64,000 nt of DNA, taken from NCBI GenBank assembly GCA_000934665.2, contig JYFJ02001033.1, positions 1 to 64,000 of the forward strand, written 5' to 3'. Shown here in pieces: positions 13,823-27,945 of this stretch. The DNA comes from Catajapyx aquilonaris. Taxonomy: Eukaryota. The position numbers were made by a program, and so were the translations under genes. The notes under the pieces were generated by a model. That model saw only the letters and a list, made by a program, of their open reading frames with translations, did not search any database and was not told the DNA's origin. The number at the start of each line of letters is the position of its first letter. The stretch's first letter is position 1.

Positions 13823-14618
13823 AGAATTTAATTAATTTGTTCAATTAAGGATCATGTTTCTTACGTATGTGGTGTACCCCCACCGTTAGTATTTGTTATA
13901 TCTTTCACGTATGAGGTAGGGTAATAAAGTACGAATTAGGGACACAGATCCAATACTTTATTATTGTCATGTCTTGCAGTGAGTTGCCCAGGAATCTATT
14001 TATGTGGTGGGAAAATTGATGACGTCCTGAGGCATGCCACTTGGGTAAATAAAATATGCTTTCTACTATATAGATCATTTTTGGACATACCCCCAAGTAA
14101 CTGGACTTTGAAGTTGGAGACAACTGGGCCTTAAAAACCAAAAGAATGTTATTTTGTGTTCTCAGAGTTACACCATACTACAAATCATGAAAATCTTCAC
14201 ATTTTAAGTTAGTTAGTGAATATTTCAACTACTGTATTGTTTCTCATTGTTAGTAGTCTTATGTGTTTACTCCTTCAGGATCATTGTGCATATACAGGGT
14301 ATTGTCAAAGGTGCACATTTCCTGTCAGATTTAGGCATCATACATTTCTAAGGCAAAATGTCTGTAATAATTGATTTTGGTAGTTTCAGTTTCATTATGA
14401 TGATAACTTTTCGACCCCCATGCTGTCTGTTTTCTTTGATGTGAACATCCGATTACCCTAATCTAGTACATCCTGCAAGATTAGAATTTTACTTTGCCAG
14501 TATTAGAGGGGTCTGTTTTTGTTTTGTTCTGATGGACTCTTTTTCTTCTTACAAACTTTTCTAAAACCTGTGTAACATTTTAAAAACCTGACGTACACTC
14601 AATCTCTGATTAGCTTTA

Positions 14619-14728
14619 GGGCTGAATCTTCGACGTATCGCGCAAACCTGCGGGAAGGGCGGGCAAACGGGGAGTTACCACACCTTCCACACCCGCAGGT
14701 TTGCACGATACGTCGGAAGATTCAGCCC
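14619..14728. mobile_element. Tourist/PIF-Harbinger-like MITE, 110 bp
   Basis: TTA|GGGCTGAATCTTCGACGTATCGCGCAAACCTGCGGG ... CCCGCAGGTTTGCACGATACGTCGGAAGATTCAGCCC|TTA: about 36-bp TIRs, GGG termini and a TTA duplication (14616-14618, 14729-14731). Confidence 0.8.
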
Positions 14729-15599
14729 TTAATAAGTGACTGAAGCAGCATACATGGCACTGCTGAATGAGTTTTGTCCAATAGTTGCAGTACTGCATCT
14801 GAGAACATTGGCACTTGATTTTTTTTTTGGAATTAAACTGGGGAAATTACTCCAAACATCCCCATGGATTTGATTGGTCAGGCACAAAAACTTCTGGGCA
14901 GACCTTTGTTGAAAATTGCTGCTCTAGAAATTAACCTAGGGCATGGTACCTAATCAACCATAAAAATTGAACAAGATCCACACTAGTCCATGGTACTCAT
15001 CCTTCCACTGACTTGTGAGTACCAGATGGAAGGCCCTTTGTACATTGTGTGACACTTTCACAAGCACCAGGTTGTCCTATGGAAGTTATCGCAGATATTC
15101 TGACCTTGTTACTGGCCTCATTAATTTTATGTGCACCAGGTTTAAATCAAAAGCAGGTTTACGACCTGAATATCAATGTACTATATGTAAAACCTCTGCA
15201 ATCTCACTCTCTTCTGTTGGTGCTTAATTACATCTCCTACAAGTCTTGTACAATGTGGTGATGAAAATATTCTTGGCTCATCACTGGTGTGACGACCAGT
15301 CCAAGGAAGTAACCAGCTCATCAATAGTGATACGCAATATATTCACAATTGCTGTACGAGCATACTGTACTTAAAATAGGGAGTAGCCCACTGTCATCAT
15401 GGTTTTTTTATTGGGGTATTTTTTAAATACAAATTGTTCAATTTGTACTCATATCTTGTTTGTTGCAAGGATTAGTAGGTTGCTACATGTGCAAGTGTGA
15501 CAATGTCTTGGCATGTGACTGTTGTGATGCTTGGACAAATTGTTCAACAGGTGTTGGAATTGGTTCTTTTGTAGCATTGCTTTGAAGGTACTGGTGGTA

Positions 15600-18500
15600 C
15601 TAAAGTGAGTTGGTGGCAAGACTACAAGTTTGGCAACACATTTGCCTAAAAGGAGAGATGCTGCAGTATCTCCGGAGCTCTCGTAATCTACAGAAACGAG
15701 ATAGGTCCTTATGATCCGTGTGAGGGCTCTGACAATTTGAAAGTTTTTTGCCATCTAAGGTTGCACAGTTTCGCCATTCTTCAGGCTCAGGTTGACAATG
15801 GAAAGGCCTTCCTCTTCCGAGGGGTCTGCACCTCTTCAGGAGTCTTTGTTGCCTCTCTTCATTGCCCTCAATTCTCCTTCCACATTTCTGTAAAGAAATG
15901 AGAACATAACTAAAATTAAGACTTTATGGGAAATTCTAAGTAATAAACAGCCATCAACTGCATTCACAAAATGAGGCTTTCTAAAATTCAAAGTTGCAGT
16001 TGAAGGAATGATTTTTACATTATGATACAATGTACAAAAAATGATATTTGAAGCCTTCAAACTGTTCAAAGTGTGCATAAAACTGTATCTGTTAATATGA
16101 TGACAATGAGCTATACAGTATGCATCATCAGTAAATTAGAATTTTTGAAAGATAAGCCTGGCAGTGGGCAAGTTATGAGTGCCAGAATATTGCAACCTTC
16201 TCCCAACCAACAGTGATCCAACGTCCAGGACATGGCTCCTGGTTGCACTTCCTGATCTGTACTGGCTTTGTATCTTGACACTGCTGAGGATCCAGTGCAT
16301 ACTTGATGAGGGAGCTGTCGTTTACAGGAATGTCCAAAAGAAGTGTTGGAAGACAGTACAGCTGCCTCCTTTGCTTCCCCCTGTTCCCACATGTTGCACT
16401 GCAGCCCTCCCATGGTCCAGCAGCCCACTGGAAATGGCAGCTGAAGTCGTTGCACGATCTCTGCGTGACTTGAGGTTTCTGGTCCAGTGGACACTTGCGC
16501 CTTGAAGTTGGATGTCCAGTAGAGCGATGCCTGCAGGACAAGAGAAGCCTCTGGTGGCCCCGTCCACAAGGAACTGAACATGATGACCATCCTATAACCT
16601 GCCACCCAAATTCTGACAATTGGCCATCATCATTGTACCAGTCAGCAGGAAGGGAATAGTTGATCCGCGTCACATATCGGTGTCCTGTTTCCAAAGGATA
16701 TGCCTGCAAAACACATCCAGTGTATAAATTCCACGGTGACAACACAATATTTGCTGATATTTAGTCGACATCAGTTTGAAAGCTACTTTTTTCCTCATGA
16801 GCCATACCAGTAAGATGACTTCTTCGAGAAGTGGTCCTTTAGCCCACACAGTCTCCCCTCCATTGATGACATCATAATGGAATCGAGTACCTGCTCCGAC
16901 CTCACGTCTTGACAACAAAGCCACCGATGCTGGGAGGATCCAGTGGCGTGACTGGCGTCCACGCAAGGATATCACACCTCCTCGGATGCGTCCGATATTT
17001 GTTGGGATTTCTTCAATCAGGATAGACCTTGCTCCTCTTGGAATTACTCCAAGTCGACGTGGTTCTGGAAAGATAATTTATTGCTCACGTGAGAGCTGAT
17101 CTATGATACACATTCGTAATTTGTGCATTCCATGCTTACCGTCCTGCAGCATGCGTCGATATGTGACGGAATGGTCTTTGCAAGTGGTCCCTTTTCCACT
17201 ACACACCCCACAGCGGTCCTCTCTGACACGCGACCCAAGGACACCATCGCAACCTACAGGTCGGCACACACCTTGTATGCATACATCCCTGGAGGAGTCA
17301 TATGAACAGGGAGTACCATCAATGACCACATCTCGTTCACCACCCATGAAGACTTCATCTGTCTCATCTGTCTTGCATAACAGTCGACACTGCAAACTAT
17401 CTGCAATGAATAAATGCCATTTGCAGCGTAGGTGTGTTGGGTAAATCCTTTTGAGGAAGGACTTTTAATTATGGTTGAGGATAAGAGTCTGTCCTGTATA
17501 TACTGTACCTTGGTCAGTCTGATGAGGCCTCCATGTCAAATTGCCCTGCTTATGGTCTAGCTCTACCAGCTGGGCCAGCCTGGCACACTGTTGCGCCCGA
17601 AAGTCAGCAATTATAGGACACTGTTTCAGATTGCACAGCTCCCATTCCTCCGGACTTCCTGGGCAATTGTTACCGCCAAAAGCAGGGGCCGGATTGTTGC
17701 AGGTGCGAGACCTGAACCTGGCGCCAACACCGCAGGATCGAGAGCATGGTCCCCAGGAGTGCCAGGAGCTCCACTGGCCATGGCGTGGATTGTGCCTCAG
17801 AGGTCCTCTGGGTCGAGCAGTGGTTAGTGTGACCGACGTGGCCTGAGACGACGAGATGCGAGGTACCCGTACGCAGGCACCGTCAGCGCAATGCTTGCCA
17901 TTCCCGCACGGAGTACCCTCCAAAGGCGGTCCTCTCTTAGTCCGACACACCCCTGGGGAGTCCGTACCAGAGCACCACAGCTGCTGGCAGGGGTCGGAGG
18001 TCACCTGCACGGCGGTGCACACCCCGTAACCATCTCCGAATTCGAGGCGGCACTGTTGGTCCAGAGTGTACGTAACCTGGGAAGAGGAAGCCAGCGTCGA
18101 GGCATCTCCTGGAACATCCCGAAGACATGTCCATTTGGCGCTCTTGGCCCGGAACTCCTTGGCCGAGCAAGTTGACCACAAAAAGCGGGTGAAGGTGGCG
18201 GCTACCAGAGGAGCCATCACACTTCCTTTGGAGGCCTCCCGGTCGCATCTGTTTCCAGCCCGATAGTCCCCGTCGTGAGTCATTCCTAACCTGCATATCA
18301 GAGGTTGATATGGTCATTTGGCCTCTCTAACCGGGACATGTCACATGATTTTATAATTATTCTAGCAATAGAGTGAACCTCTTAGCACTAGAAGATAGAT
18401 CTTGCGAATGCCACTACGGCGAACCTGTGACAAATAGTGGGAAATGTGATGTCCACAATGATATTTGGTTGTACTTACATGTGTCCCAACTCGTGAGCTA

Positions 18501-19930
18501 GTATGAACGCAGAGGACAGTCCTTCATCCTGATTGAGAGAGCAGGACCTCTTAGGATCGCACATTCCGGCCACAGGGGCGTATCCGGAAGGCCCACCAAG
18601 ATCGAGTCTGGTGAGCCAAATGGCAGCGTCATGCAGCTGGGCACCGGGATCCTTGGCCAGATTCGCCAAGACGTCGTTGTTCCAGGAATTTACGCCCTCT
18701 AGGGAACGTCTGGGGCTTCCAGGAAACACTCGTCCTCCGCCTAGTTCATCAAAGAAGGTGACCCGAAGCAACCCCAGCTTCAGGTCGGCGCCCAGTGACG
18801 GGTCCTCGAAAATTGCACTGACGATGTTCAACAGAGTCAGCACGTAGTCTTGGACGTGGGACTTGCCGTGGAAGTTGACCACTGACCCGTCCACTCCTAC
18901 GGCCAGGAGTAGCCAGAGCGATTGCGGAACACTGTTGCTGTTGATGGTGCTAGGGTCGGCCCAGTACGCTTCCATCAAGTCAGACACGTTCTCGCTCGGA
19001 CCTAACTCACCACCGGAAGCTGTGTCCGGTTCCCAAACCGGGTCTGCAACATATCCTTCCCACTGCTCCTTGGAGAAGTTCAGGAAGCTGTCGTAGTTAC
19101 CAGATTCCAGCTCACTGAAGGAACACCCGGTCAAAAAATGCAGGAAAATATGCACTGGCTGATGGTATACATTTATCAAAATTGTTATGTTTTTGTACAT
19201 ACCTAAAAAGGGTTGGTTCCGACAATGCGTCATGGCCACTTCCAGCAGCAAGGTCGTCTTCTGGGAACACCTGATCCTGACGCAGTTGGAACCGCTGCCT
19301 GTGAGCCGCAGCCACACGCAGCACGTGCGGTTCTCCACTATTCCAAGATGTGTAATTGTCGGTGACTAACGGGGAGAGGATGAAATCAGCTTCTGTGGTG
19401 CGGACAAGGCCGCTGAGTCCTTCACAAGCACTCAGCGCTACCAGTGACCCCGACTGAGAGCGGATCCGACCTCGAAGGAAGCATTCGGGAGGTGAAGGCG
19501 GAGGTGACGATGAACTGTCGTCTTGCCATACCACGGTTGGTATAGTGTCGAAAGAAGGCTTGAGTTCCAGATGCAGCTTCCGTCCTGCCAGCGGAAGAAT
19601 GATGTGTACCTCGTCTTCAGCTGTCTCCCGTCGACGTCGACTATTCATCCTCACCTCTCTTGAGACGACTTGTCCTCTCCTGTCCGCAAGGAGCGGATAC
19701 ACAATGTCGAAGTCTTGGGCATCCTCCACACCATCTAGCATTTCTAAAGTCCCCTGTTGATCATCAGTCGACTTTTTGCTTTCTTATACGCATCATGCTA
19801 AACGATTTGGTGACACTTGACACATGTTAGGATTAGTCGCTTCATATGCACTGCGCGTCTGCGCCTCACTTACCTGGCATAATGCTGTAGCTCCGGTCAG
19901 AGTCAGAAAGAGTAGCACTACGTGTAGCAT
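15600..19930 (-). CDS. ADAMTS-family secreted metalloprotease (signal, prodomain, reprolysin, disintegrin-like, TSP1, Cys-rich, spacer, TSP1 repeats, PLAC), 8 exons, about 1112 aa
   Basis: Exons 19874-19930, 19203-19753, 18479-19114, 17509-18290, 17140-17400, 16808-17064, 16197-16703 and 15600-15887, phase-consistent (3339 nt). Signal [18 protein letters not shown]; zinc motif HELGHMLGMTHD split by an intron; Met-turn SVMAP; TSP1 [38 protein letters not shown]-terminal [20 protein letters not shown] (PLAC-like). Confidence 0.93.
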
Positions 19931-20472
19931 ACTTAGCAACAACTGTGCTGCCTTGGATATTCTTCTTTTGCTAAGAGAGAAGAGGGGATGGGTGGGAGAG
20001 GAAGGAAGGGGGTGAAATGGATCTGGGAACAAGGGCGCACTTATATTTCGAGTGGGTGTGTTTCATCTCTGAGGTCACTGTATTAGCCTCTTCAAACTTC
20101 GTAGGGTCTAAACACAAAGCAGGCCCGCCCATGCAACTTAGGTTTTCAAAAACAAAATAAAAATAATGTGCCTGTCCTTTGCTACCGCCACAATATTTGG
20201 TGGTAACGTCAGTGTGGAGTTATTCTTCAACAACGTTTCGAGAGTAAGCTGTTACATTTTATTTTATTCATGTACAAAGCCCAAATTACTTGTGTATTTA
20301 CTTTTTATATAGGCTATATACGAGAAAGAAAGGTACGCTCGTAGAAAGGTATACACATCAGCCGAATAAGCCAATTTAATAAAATTACTATACATGTAAC
20401 AATTATTTTGCCCGAGCAAAACACTATACAATAATTATTTCGTATGTATCTTCACATATTAATTGTCTTTGA

Positions 20473-21320
20473 TTAGAGGAAAGAGTAAGTCGCTTTAGCG
20501 CATGAAAAGATGAAAACAACCAGAAATAACAAATCGGGTGCTGTTATCCTTCTCTGACTGTTATCAACATTGCACAGGTAATCGTTGCAGCAGGACATGC
20601 AGACATGGAGCTTTGTCCTCTCGCCCATTATGATACATCCAGATTCGCAGCTCTTCACACACCCTCTTTCTATCGACCACGTATCCGGCCTTCCTAAGGT
20701 TCCATTCTTGGTCAGCGCGTAACTGAATCTCTTGACCTGGAGGAAAACGTACCGATAATTATTGTTAAAATCACATAGATATGGTCAAGTTTACTTTCTC
20801 ACATTCTGATGAAAGGTGACAATAATAATCAGGAAGTTGACATAAGAGCTCTTCGTTTCAATTATTATCAGGTAAGATTATCTTTGTCAACAAACACCAT
20901 ATGAAAGCTCATCTAATATTCGTCGATAAAATCGGTTGACGTCAAACTATAGCTTATTTAAATTTAGAATATCAATGATGCCAAACGTCACGTTTATTCC
21001 TCTGGTGATAAGAATCAACATAGACGGTTTAAATTAGGCATAACATCCGTGACCTATAGAGGAACTTGACCTACCATGCAGACGACACGTCCATCGGAGC
21101 ACTTGGTGGCCATATGTGAAATATCTGAGTGGTTGAGATGCACGCATGAGTCGCCGTCTTCCACGGAATGACACGTCAGGCAGCTCAGGTTGTGGGCCTT
21201 GGGCACCACGGAGGCCACGGTAGGGGTAGATGCCAGGTCAAGCCCTGTGCCCTCGACCCAGCTGGCCATCAGCTCCACCCAGAGGAAGAGACCGCAGAGC
21301 CGGCGCCATGTCTGCTCCAT
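20473..21320 (-). CDS. Ly6/uPAR three-finger-domain (quiver/sleepless-like) GPI-anchored protein, 2 exons, 169 aa
   Basis: Exons 21075-21320 and 20473-20736 (ATG|GTAGGT, CAG|GTC, phase 0). Signal peptide; LSCLTC..C..C..C..ERGC..C..C..C.SCCNDYLCN with the Ly6 CCxxxxCN end; hydrophobic C-terminal tail typical of a GPI signal. Confidence 0.88.
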
Positions 21321-24300
21321 ATTTAGTGTGGACTCTTCCCAGATCGATAAGGATGCTGGAGTGTGTCATCCCTGGAGACTCTTGGTCGGTAGCGACACCG
21401 CTTGACGCACGTGCCTGCGCACGTCGTTGCCAACAGACCGATAACGTCGCTGAAAGAGGAGAAGATATTCGAGTCTCGCACACTTTGCAGTGACGATAGA
21501 ATATTATCTAATGGCGAAATATGAAGGCCAAGGGCTTTCCATATCGCGTTGGATCATTGAAGGCTTGTGCTGCATACGCATTCACATATTGTGATTGAGG
21601 TTTCTTTTAAATATAATTTCCGGACTAAACGACTCATAAATTCTCCACCCGTCACTTTTGTTGGACTGTGGGAATGCATAACCCTGTTTCACCTGGTACA
21701 ATATCATCTACATACGCAGTATTTTTAAAAAAGAAAAATAGATTCCAAATGGGGTTATTTCCGGTGATTATTTTCTATGCTAGAGGTTGTTCAATATACT
21801 GTAGGTCTTCCTGTGTAAAATTGACATACGGTAGATAAAATCCACAAATGAAAAAGTAGGCCTAAAATGGGAAATTCTGAAAAAGCACATACTCTTGCCC
21901 CTTTTACTGTAATATTTTTTTGTTCTCTCTCAATGAGTTCTGTAGGGGTACAGTATTTAATTTTAAAGGAATGTACAGTATAGTTTGCCGTGTATGACGT
22001 TGTGATGCGTACACTGAAGTAGTGTAAAACCTCGTGTAAAACACTATTATTTTAGGCAACATTTCAGTGTTCATGTGTGATGTGTGCATATTCAGTCCGT
22101 GTTGTTAATAACCCCAATAATATCTCAACAATGCGTAGTAGGAAAATAATCAAGACATGGATCCATGCAAATCTGCAATAGTACATATACGGTATATTTC
22201 ATTGTATACAGGAATGTACAGTACATGTTGTAATATTAATTTTAGTGCGAGTATACAAATGCAACTACCTGGTAGCCTATAGGTCTCTTAGCAAATCGTC
22301 GTGTAGATGTTTTTCTAGCATACTTATCATAACCGTCATGTTAATTTTCTTCCTTCAGTATGAAAATTAGTGCCACATATGCACAATGACGTGCATAAGT
22401 TGCCATAGGCTGCAGCGTGAAATGCATTACCATGTGAGACATTTCATGACATTAACTTATTAAAATATGGAAATTCCACACAGAAGTAAATTATTCAATT
22501 TAGAATGTGCGCGATACCGAGATAAACCCACGAAATAGTTAAAAGTAATGTATTTGACTCATATACGGTATTGAAGAAAACGGCCCAGTTGAATGTGCAC
22601 ATTGAACTCAGAAACGACACCGGTGTACTGCGCAGATTCCCATTTTACATAATATTATATATCATCATTTCCATACTTGCCACCTTGACCAAACCCTCAT
22701 CCATCGACAGTATAGGTGCAGAAATCTCGTTTTTTATCTCCCAAACTCTCGTAAAGCTCAGGCTCACACATTTTATGGGGTAGTACATCCTGATCCCAAA
22801 ACCCTATACTCAGGCAAACATTTAAGGTAGGTGACCGCACCAACACCCTTCAGATCCACCAAACCGCTCTGAAAATGAAACCGATATCGTAAAAGACTCA
22901 GTCTAACCGGAATGGAAACACCCATCCAAATACACAAAAAAAATCTGCAAAGCAAGCCCCCTCAAATTAACTTTAAACTCTGAGGACTGTCTGGCCAGAT
23001 ATGGTCAAATCCTTTTATTGAAGCAGCAAATCTTCAGAAACCAGGACTAATGTGACAGACGGCTTTTGTTTCGCTGCACACACAGAACCGAACCCACGCA
23101 CCGAAACTTTTCCTGGTAAAAGGATCCAACCAGGCTCTTAATCCCGCCTGTTAACTTTCAGAAGACCACCCACCCCCTCATCACCCCCTTTTTCTTCTTC
23201 CTTCCGTCTAATATTGCTAGTTCTTGAGGGACAAATAGAGGAGTTGGAGCGTCCTCCTTGTGCAATATTGGGCTGCTTCTCTTTTTTTGTAGGTGCTTTG
23301 GCCAATCTCGAGCCTTGGTAGTGAGGGTTGGGAAAAGGTGAGAAATATATGTTCGTCGGGATGGAACAGCATGGAGACGTTGCCTAGGATAAGTCACGAA
23401 CGACGAATGATGATGTAACGAGGAAGTGGGCGGAGATGCTGAAGCCGTGTTATAGAGTGGAGATTGATGCATATAGACCTACAGTGGCTATGGAGTGCTT
23501 GGAAATTGGAGAAGGCATTTACTGGGCATATTAAACCGAAAGTTCCTTATGCAACACATCAAATTATAATATTAATATTATATAGTGAAGTAATTAAAAT
23601 AATATAAGGAAACATTAGCAGGTTATCTGATATTCCAGGATGCATAGAATAACTATAGCAGGTATTGGAAACGTGTGCGTGACACCAAAAAGGAATGAGT
23701 ATTTTTAATCGCGACTCTGGGCTGTTTGCTGATAGTTTATTTGCTGGGTTTATAGGCGCGAAATCCGCCAACTGCAACCACAACCTTTGATTTTATATCC
23801 GTTCGGTTTTGAAATGTACATGCGTAGGTGGCTAATTTTCTACTGCTTCAGTTTTTTTTTTTTTGGGGGGGGGGGGGAGGGGGCGGTACTGCTTAACCCA
23901 GTTATACAGGACAAAATGCGTTACCTGTATGGCGTGGGTGCGATCACAGATTTCGGGAAGAGGAAGCCACACCGGTATATTGTAAGAGCTATAGTATAAT
24001 CGTGGGTTGCTGGGGGGTACAACTCTAGTAATTGGGTGGTGAGAAGTATGCCTTGACATCTCCATGGCGATCTCAATTACGTTTCAAAAACCAGTGGGGA
24101 ACCAGAGGAAACTAACTTCGTATTTCTGGTATAGGAATTACCGCAGCCTCTAACAAAACGGAGAAAATTCATAATCATAACCACAGGCAACGACTCATGC
24201 TGGTGCTTGCTTGGCAACACAAAAGTACTGCAATATAACGAGCAATATTTATCAAAGATTATGAAACATTACTTTGTTTTCCCAAATGTCTCTTGTGATT

Positions 24301-24584
24301 TACATATAGGTGTTATGTGGACTGCAGCAGCTCACTTTAGAGAAATGAGAGTGTTTAGAGATGGATTACTTAATGAAACGAGTTTCGCATTTTTCTCCTT
24401 CCACCTCATGAGAGTGAAATATAGCTTTGTTTTGTTTCACAAAGCGGGCCTTGACCAGAATAATAAAAGTGTTAACTATGTGGCAACACATTTTCTTTCA
24501 TTTATTAATCTTTGTACAGTACCTGTAGAGTTGAAGGAATACGACGTACAGTAAATTAATTTATAATTACCTATCAGAATTTTC

Positions 24585-24650
24585 TAGAAAATTACCGCAC
24601 ACACTAGCATGGTAGTTGGCTACCATGCTAGTGTGTGCGGTAATTTTCTA
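24585..24650. repeat. Perfect palindrome: 31-bp arms, 4-nt loop
   Basis: TAGAAAATTACCGCACACACTAGCATGGTAG-TTGG-CTACCATGCTAGTGTGTGCGGTAATTTTCTA. Confidence 0.95.
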
Positions 24651-27600
24651 CCTGGCATCAAACCCAGTACTTCCAAGCTCAGACCGAAACCCTCCCTTAC
24701 ACACTTTAAAAAACTAGCGCAACTTGTGGCCCACATTCATAATAGCCATATTAGGTTAACAGGTGACCGTTGTCATGATTTATCCTGGGCACATCAAGTG
24801 GCCCACTTTGTGGCAAGGTGATTTCTCACTCCAATAACGCGGTATAATTCTGTCTTAAAGGCGAGAGAGACGTAGAGTGGTGAGCATGACAGGGGGCAAG
24901 AATGCACATCGACTGCGCAGACTATATGGGTACAGCAGTTCTCTGCTTTTCCCACATTTGCCAACTCGGTTTGAGTCCTCTTGGAACGTCGTCGGGGATC
25001 CCTGAAACATCGTAAGTCCTTGCCATTCAATTTTTCAAACAATTCCGTCCCTTACAAACCAATTTTAAAATCCAAGAATCACTAAAAGAGATTAAACAGT
25101 TGTTTCGAGCTCCTCATTTGAAAATCAAAAAAGGCTGTTTATCATAATCCTTAGCTGCAAATCAGCTTGTCCTAAGATAGGCCCCCAACTTTTTTTTTTC
25201 TTAGAACCGCCAAATTGAAGTTTTTAGCTCCTCTGCGACTCTCTGACACAAAGTCCTATTCAGTGCGACAGGTGCTGTCCTTCAAATGCTATTTACACGC
25301 ATTCCCCACGATTTCTACTCGGTTTTTCATTCTGAATAGCAAAGAGAGAGACCGCCCCGTCTAAAATTGTTTTGCCGCTTTTTCCGAGCTCTCCAAAGGT
25401 CCCTACTCACAAAGAGATGAAATTTCGTTTCAGAGTCTCAGAGGCACATATACACAGTCCCTATTTTACTTTTTTTTATCTTTTCTTTTTTTGCATGCTA
25501 TCGATTGACACTGAGTAAAAGGCTGCTGGACATTCGGGTTGGAGAAAGCTGGACATTTTCTGTAAAAAGCCTTCCAAGGCGTTTCTTTTTGCCGCAGGGA
25601 ATAGGATTTATTGGGAGAGTTTGGGATGTGTAAGCATAAAATTCCATTTGATACGTAGACTATTCTTAGGGGTTTGTCCATGGTGTATAGAGTTGACAGA
25701 CGGAAAAATTGCGTTGCAAAAATTTCGACTTATCGGTTTTGAATATGATAGCCATATAATTACAGCATAAACGCATCACCGAGTAAACTTTTATCGAAAA
25801 TTAGGTTGTTACGTGGTGACAAATTGCGTGCTAATTATATATGAAACGTTATGAAAGAGCATCGTCGCATGTGTATGAGCATGAAAACATATTTTAATGA
25901 CAAACAAAACCCTTGATTGAGCAAGAGTCGTGTTTATTAGCGCTATGCATTGAAGTTGAGGCTTGTTGATCAATTCATTACGGGGCAGGTTATAGCATTG
26001 CGATTTTAATTCATTAAATCAATCACAGGAGAGGCGGCCTTTATGACGAAGCGGACTCTGCATGCGGAATTAATTGATCAGGAAATTGGCAGCGGAGTTT
26101 GCAAAACGGAGCATGAAAGAAGCTTCTGCGATACAGGAGTTTTAAAAAAATGTATCGCTCTAGGAGAAACTCTGCTGCCTGATTGGAGAGGTAAATTGAT
26201 TAGGACGATACGTGGAAACCAATTAAAAGGGTTGTGGGGACAAATTAACGTAAATTGCCACTTCATTAGCGCAATTTTGCGGAGTCGCTCGGAATTCTAT
26301 AATCCCCAGCCCGTGCCTTCTATTCTTGCTCTGGAGAATTATAATGCTCTGCTGGGAAGGAAGGGACAATAAATCGGCTTCCACCCATCATTTCACCTTT
26401 CCGTCAGTTTCCTTGCCGAGCGGAAACTTTTAATTGCCACCTTTACGCAGCCACGCCGTCTTAATGAGGTTGTCGAGAACAAAAGTTGAAAAAAAAGTTC
26501 ATTGACAATCGTTTTGGTTTGCTCTCGAGTCATTCGTCTTCTAGCACTGGGGTGATAACAAAAAGGAGGGGAAAGTGGATTTAGAAACAAATAATCACTT
26601 CTGATTGGCTCGATTTTTTAGATCATTAGCTCTACCGCATAATTATCATGATCCATCTGTTGCTCAACATTGCTTTTGTGAAATAATTATGGAGAGTTTG
26701 AACATATCAAATATCCACAGTGGCTAAGTAATGAGCAAATAGATGTGATGTCGAAAATGTCTTCCTCCATTTCTTATTCAAATGGATTGTGGTCTATATC
26801 TCCTGACTATTCTGATGGGAACATCTGAAAGGGAAGAATGGACCATGACCGACACTGACAGTATAACAAACCCACGACAATTAAACAGCTGAAGGAAAGC
26901 CTCAAATGTGAGATTGCCACATTTTCCATTCAATGTGCTTCCCAGCAAATGATTTCCAAAATGTGCCTGGGCGCATCTTTCAGCGAAATTTTCAGCATCT
27001 TGTCTAATGCGGATTTAGATCTCACGAAGTACGGCATCATAATTATGGTTCACTATATGTATATTTTCTATATATTAAAACTCTCCACGGTTATTTCACA
27101 AAAGCATAATTTTGCAACAACTGATTGAATCATTATGTAGTTGCTCCATCCGTTGGCTCCATCACGTTCATGCATGTATAGCCAGAGAGTGCTGATCAAC
27201 TCTAGGTGATGTAGCCTACAGGGTGTTAAAATGCTGAAGAGGGGTATAAAATGTGAGTTACCAGCGCATTCTCCCTGGCAGATGTAAGATGCGCGCATGG
27301 AAGTTCATTGCGCATATGCCATTGAAAATAATAATCCACCATGTTTTACCCCTTCCTGTCACTGCAAGTGTCAAGTTGGCAGTGTACCATCCTGCATACC
27401 AATATCCACAAATATTATAAATAACTATTATTTGGCTAAATGATTTTTGCCACATTAGGGCTTCAATTCAGAGGCGGGAACACAGTGAACTTCCTTTTGC
27501 TCATCCATGCACTCTGTAAACGGGTTGTAATTCAGTCTCAGCACTATTATTATCTGCACTGCAAAATGTTTACCGAATATACTGTAGGATATTACATCTC

Positions 27601-27945
27601 AACGGTGCATCAGTGAAATATCCAGCAGATGAAAAATGTGATTGCCTCATCCTTGAAGTTGATTTGAAACAACCTCCTAGTTCAGTTCAGTTACATCTTT
27701 CACTGTATGTGTTTACTCTCTAGCTTTAGTTATGCACATGGAATATGGAATGGTCCATTTTGGCCCTGGATCCTCGTAAGCACCACAGTGCATGAGTTGC
27801 ATTACCACGACAGCTCAATAAAAAATGAGGGAAAGAAATCGAAACCTCATTTTGCACCCAATATTTGAAGTGGAATTCTGCATTTGGCCAATAATGTGTC
27901 TTGGTCGTGTTATGCAAAACCACCTCCTGTCGTTACAGGCATGGG

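Noticed and set aside
14616..14798. Cys-rich minus-strand ORF resembling an alternative ADAMTS PLAC exon
   Set aside because: Cys spacing does not fit PLAC, a proper PLAC exon with stop exists at 15600-15887, and most of the ORF overlaps a MITE.
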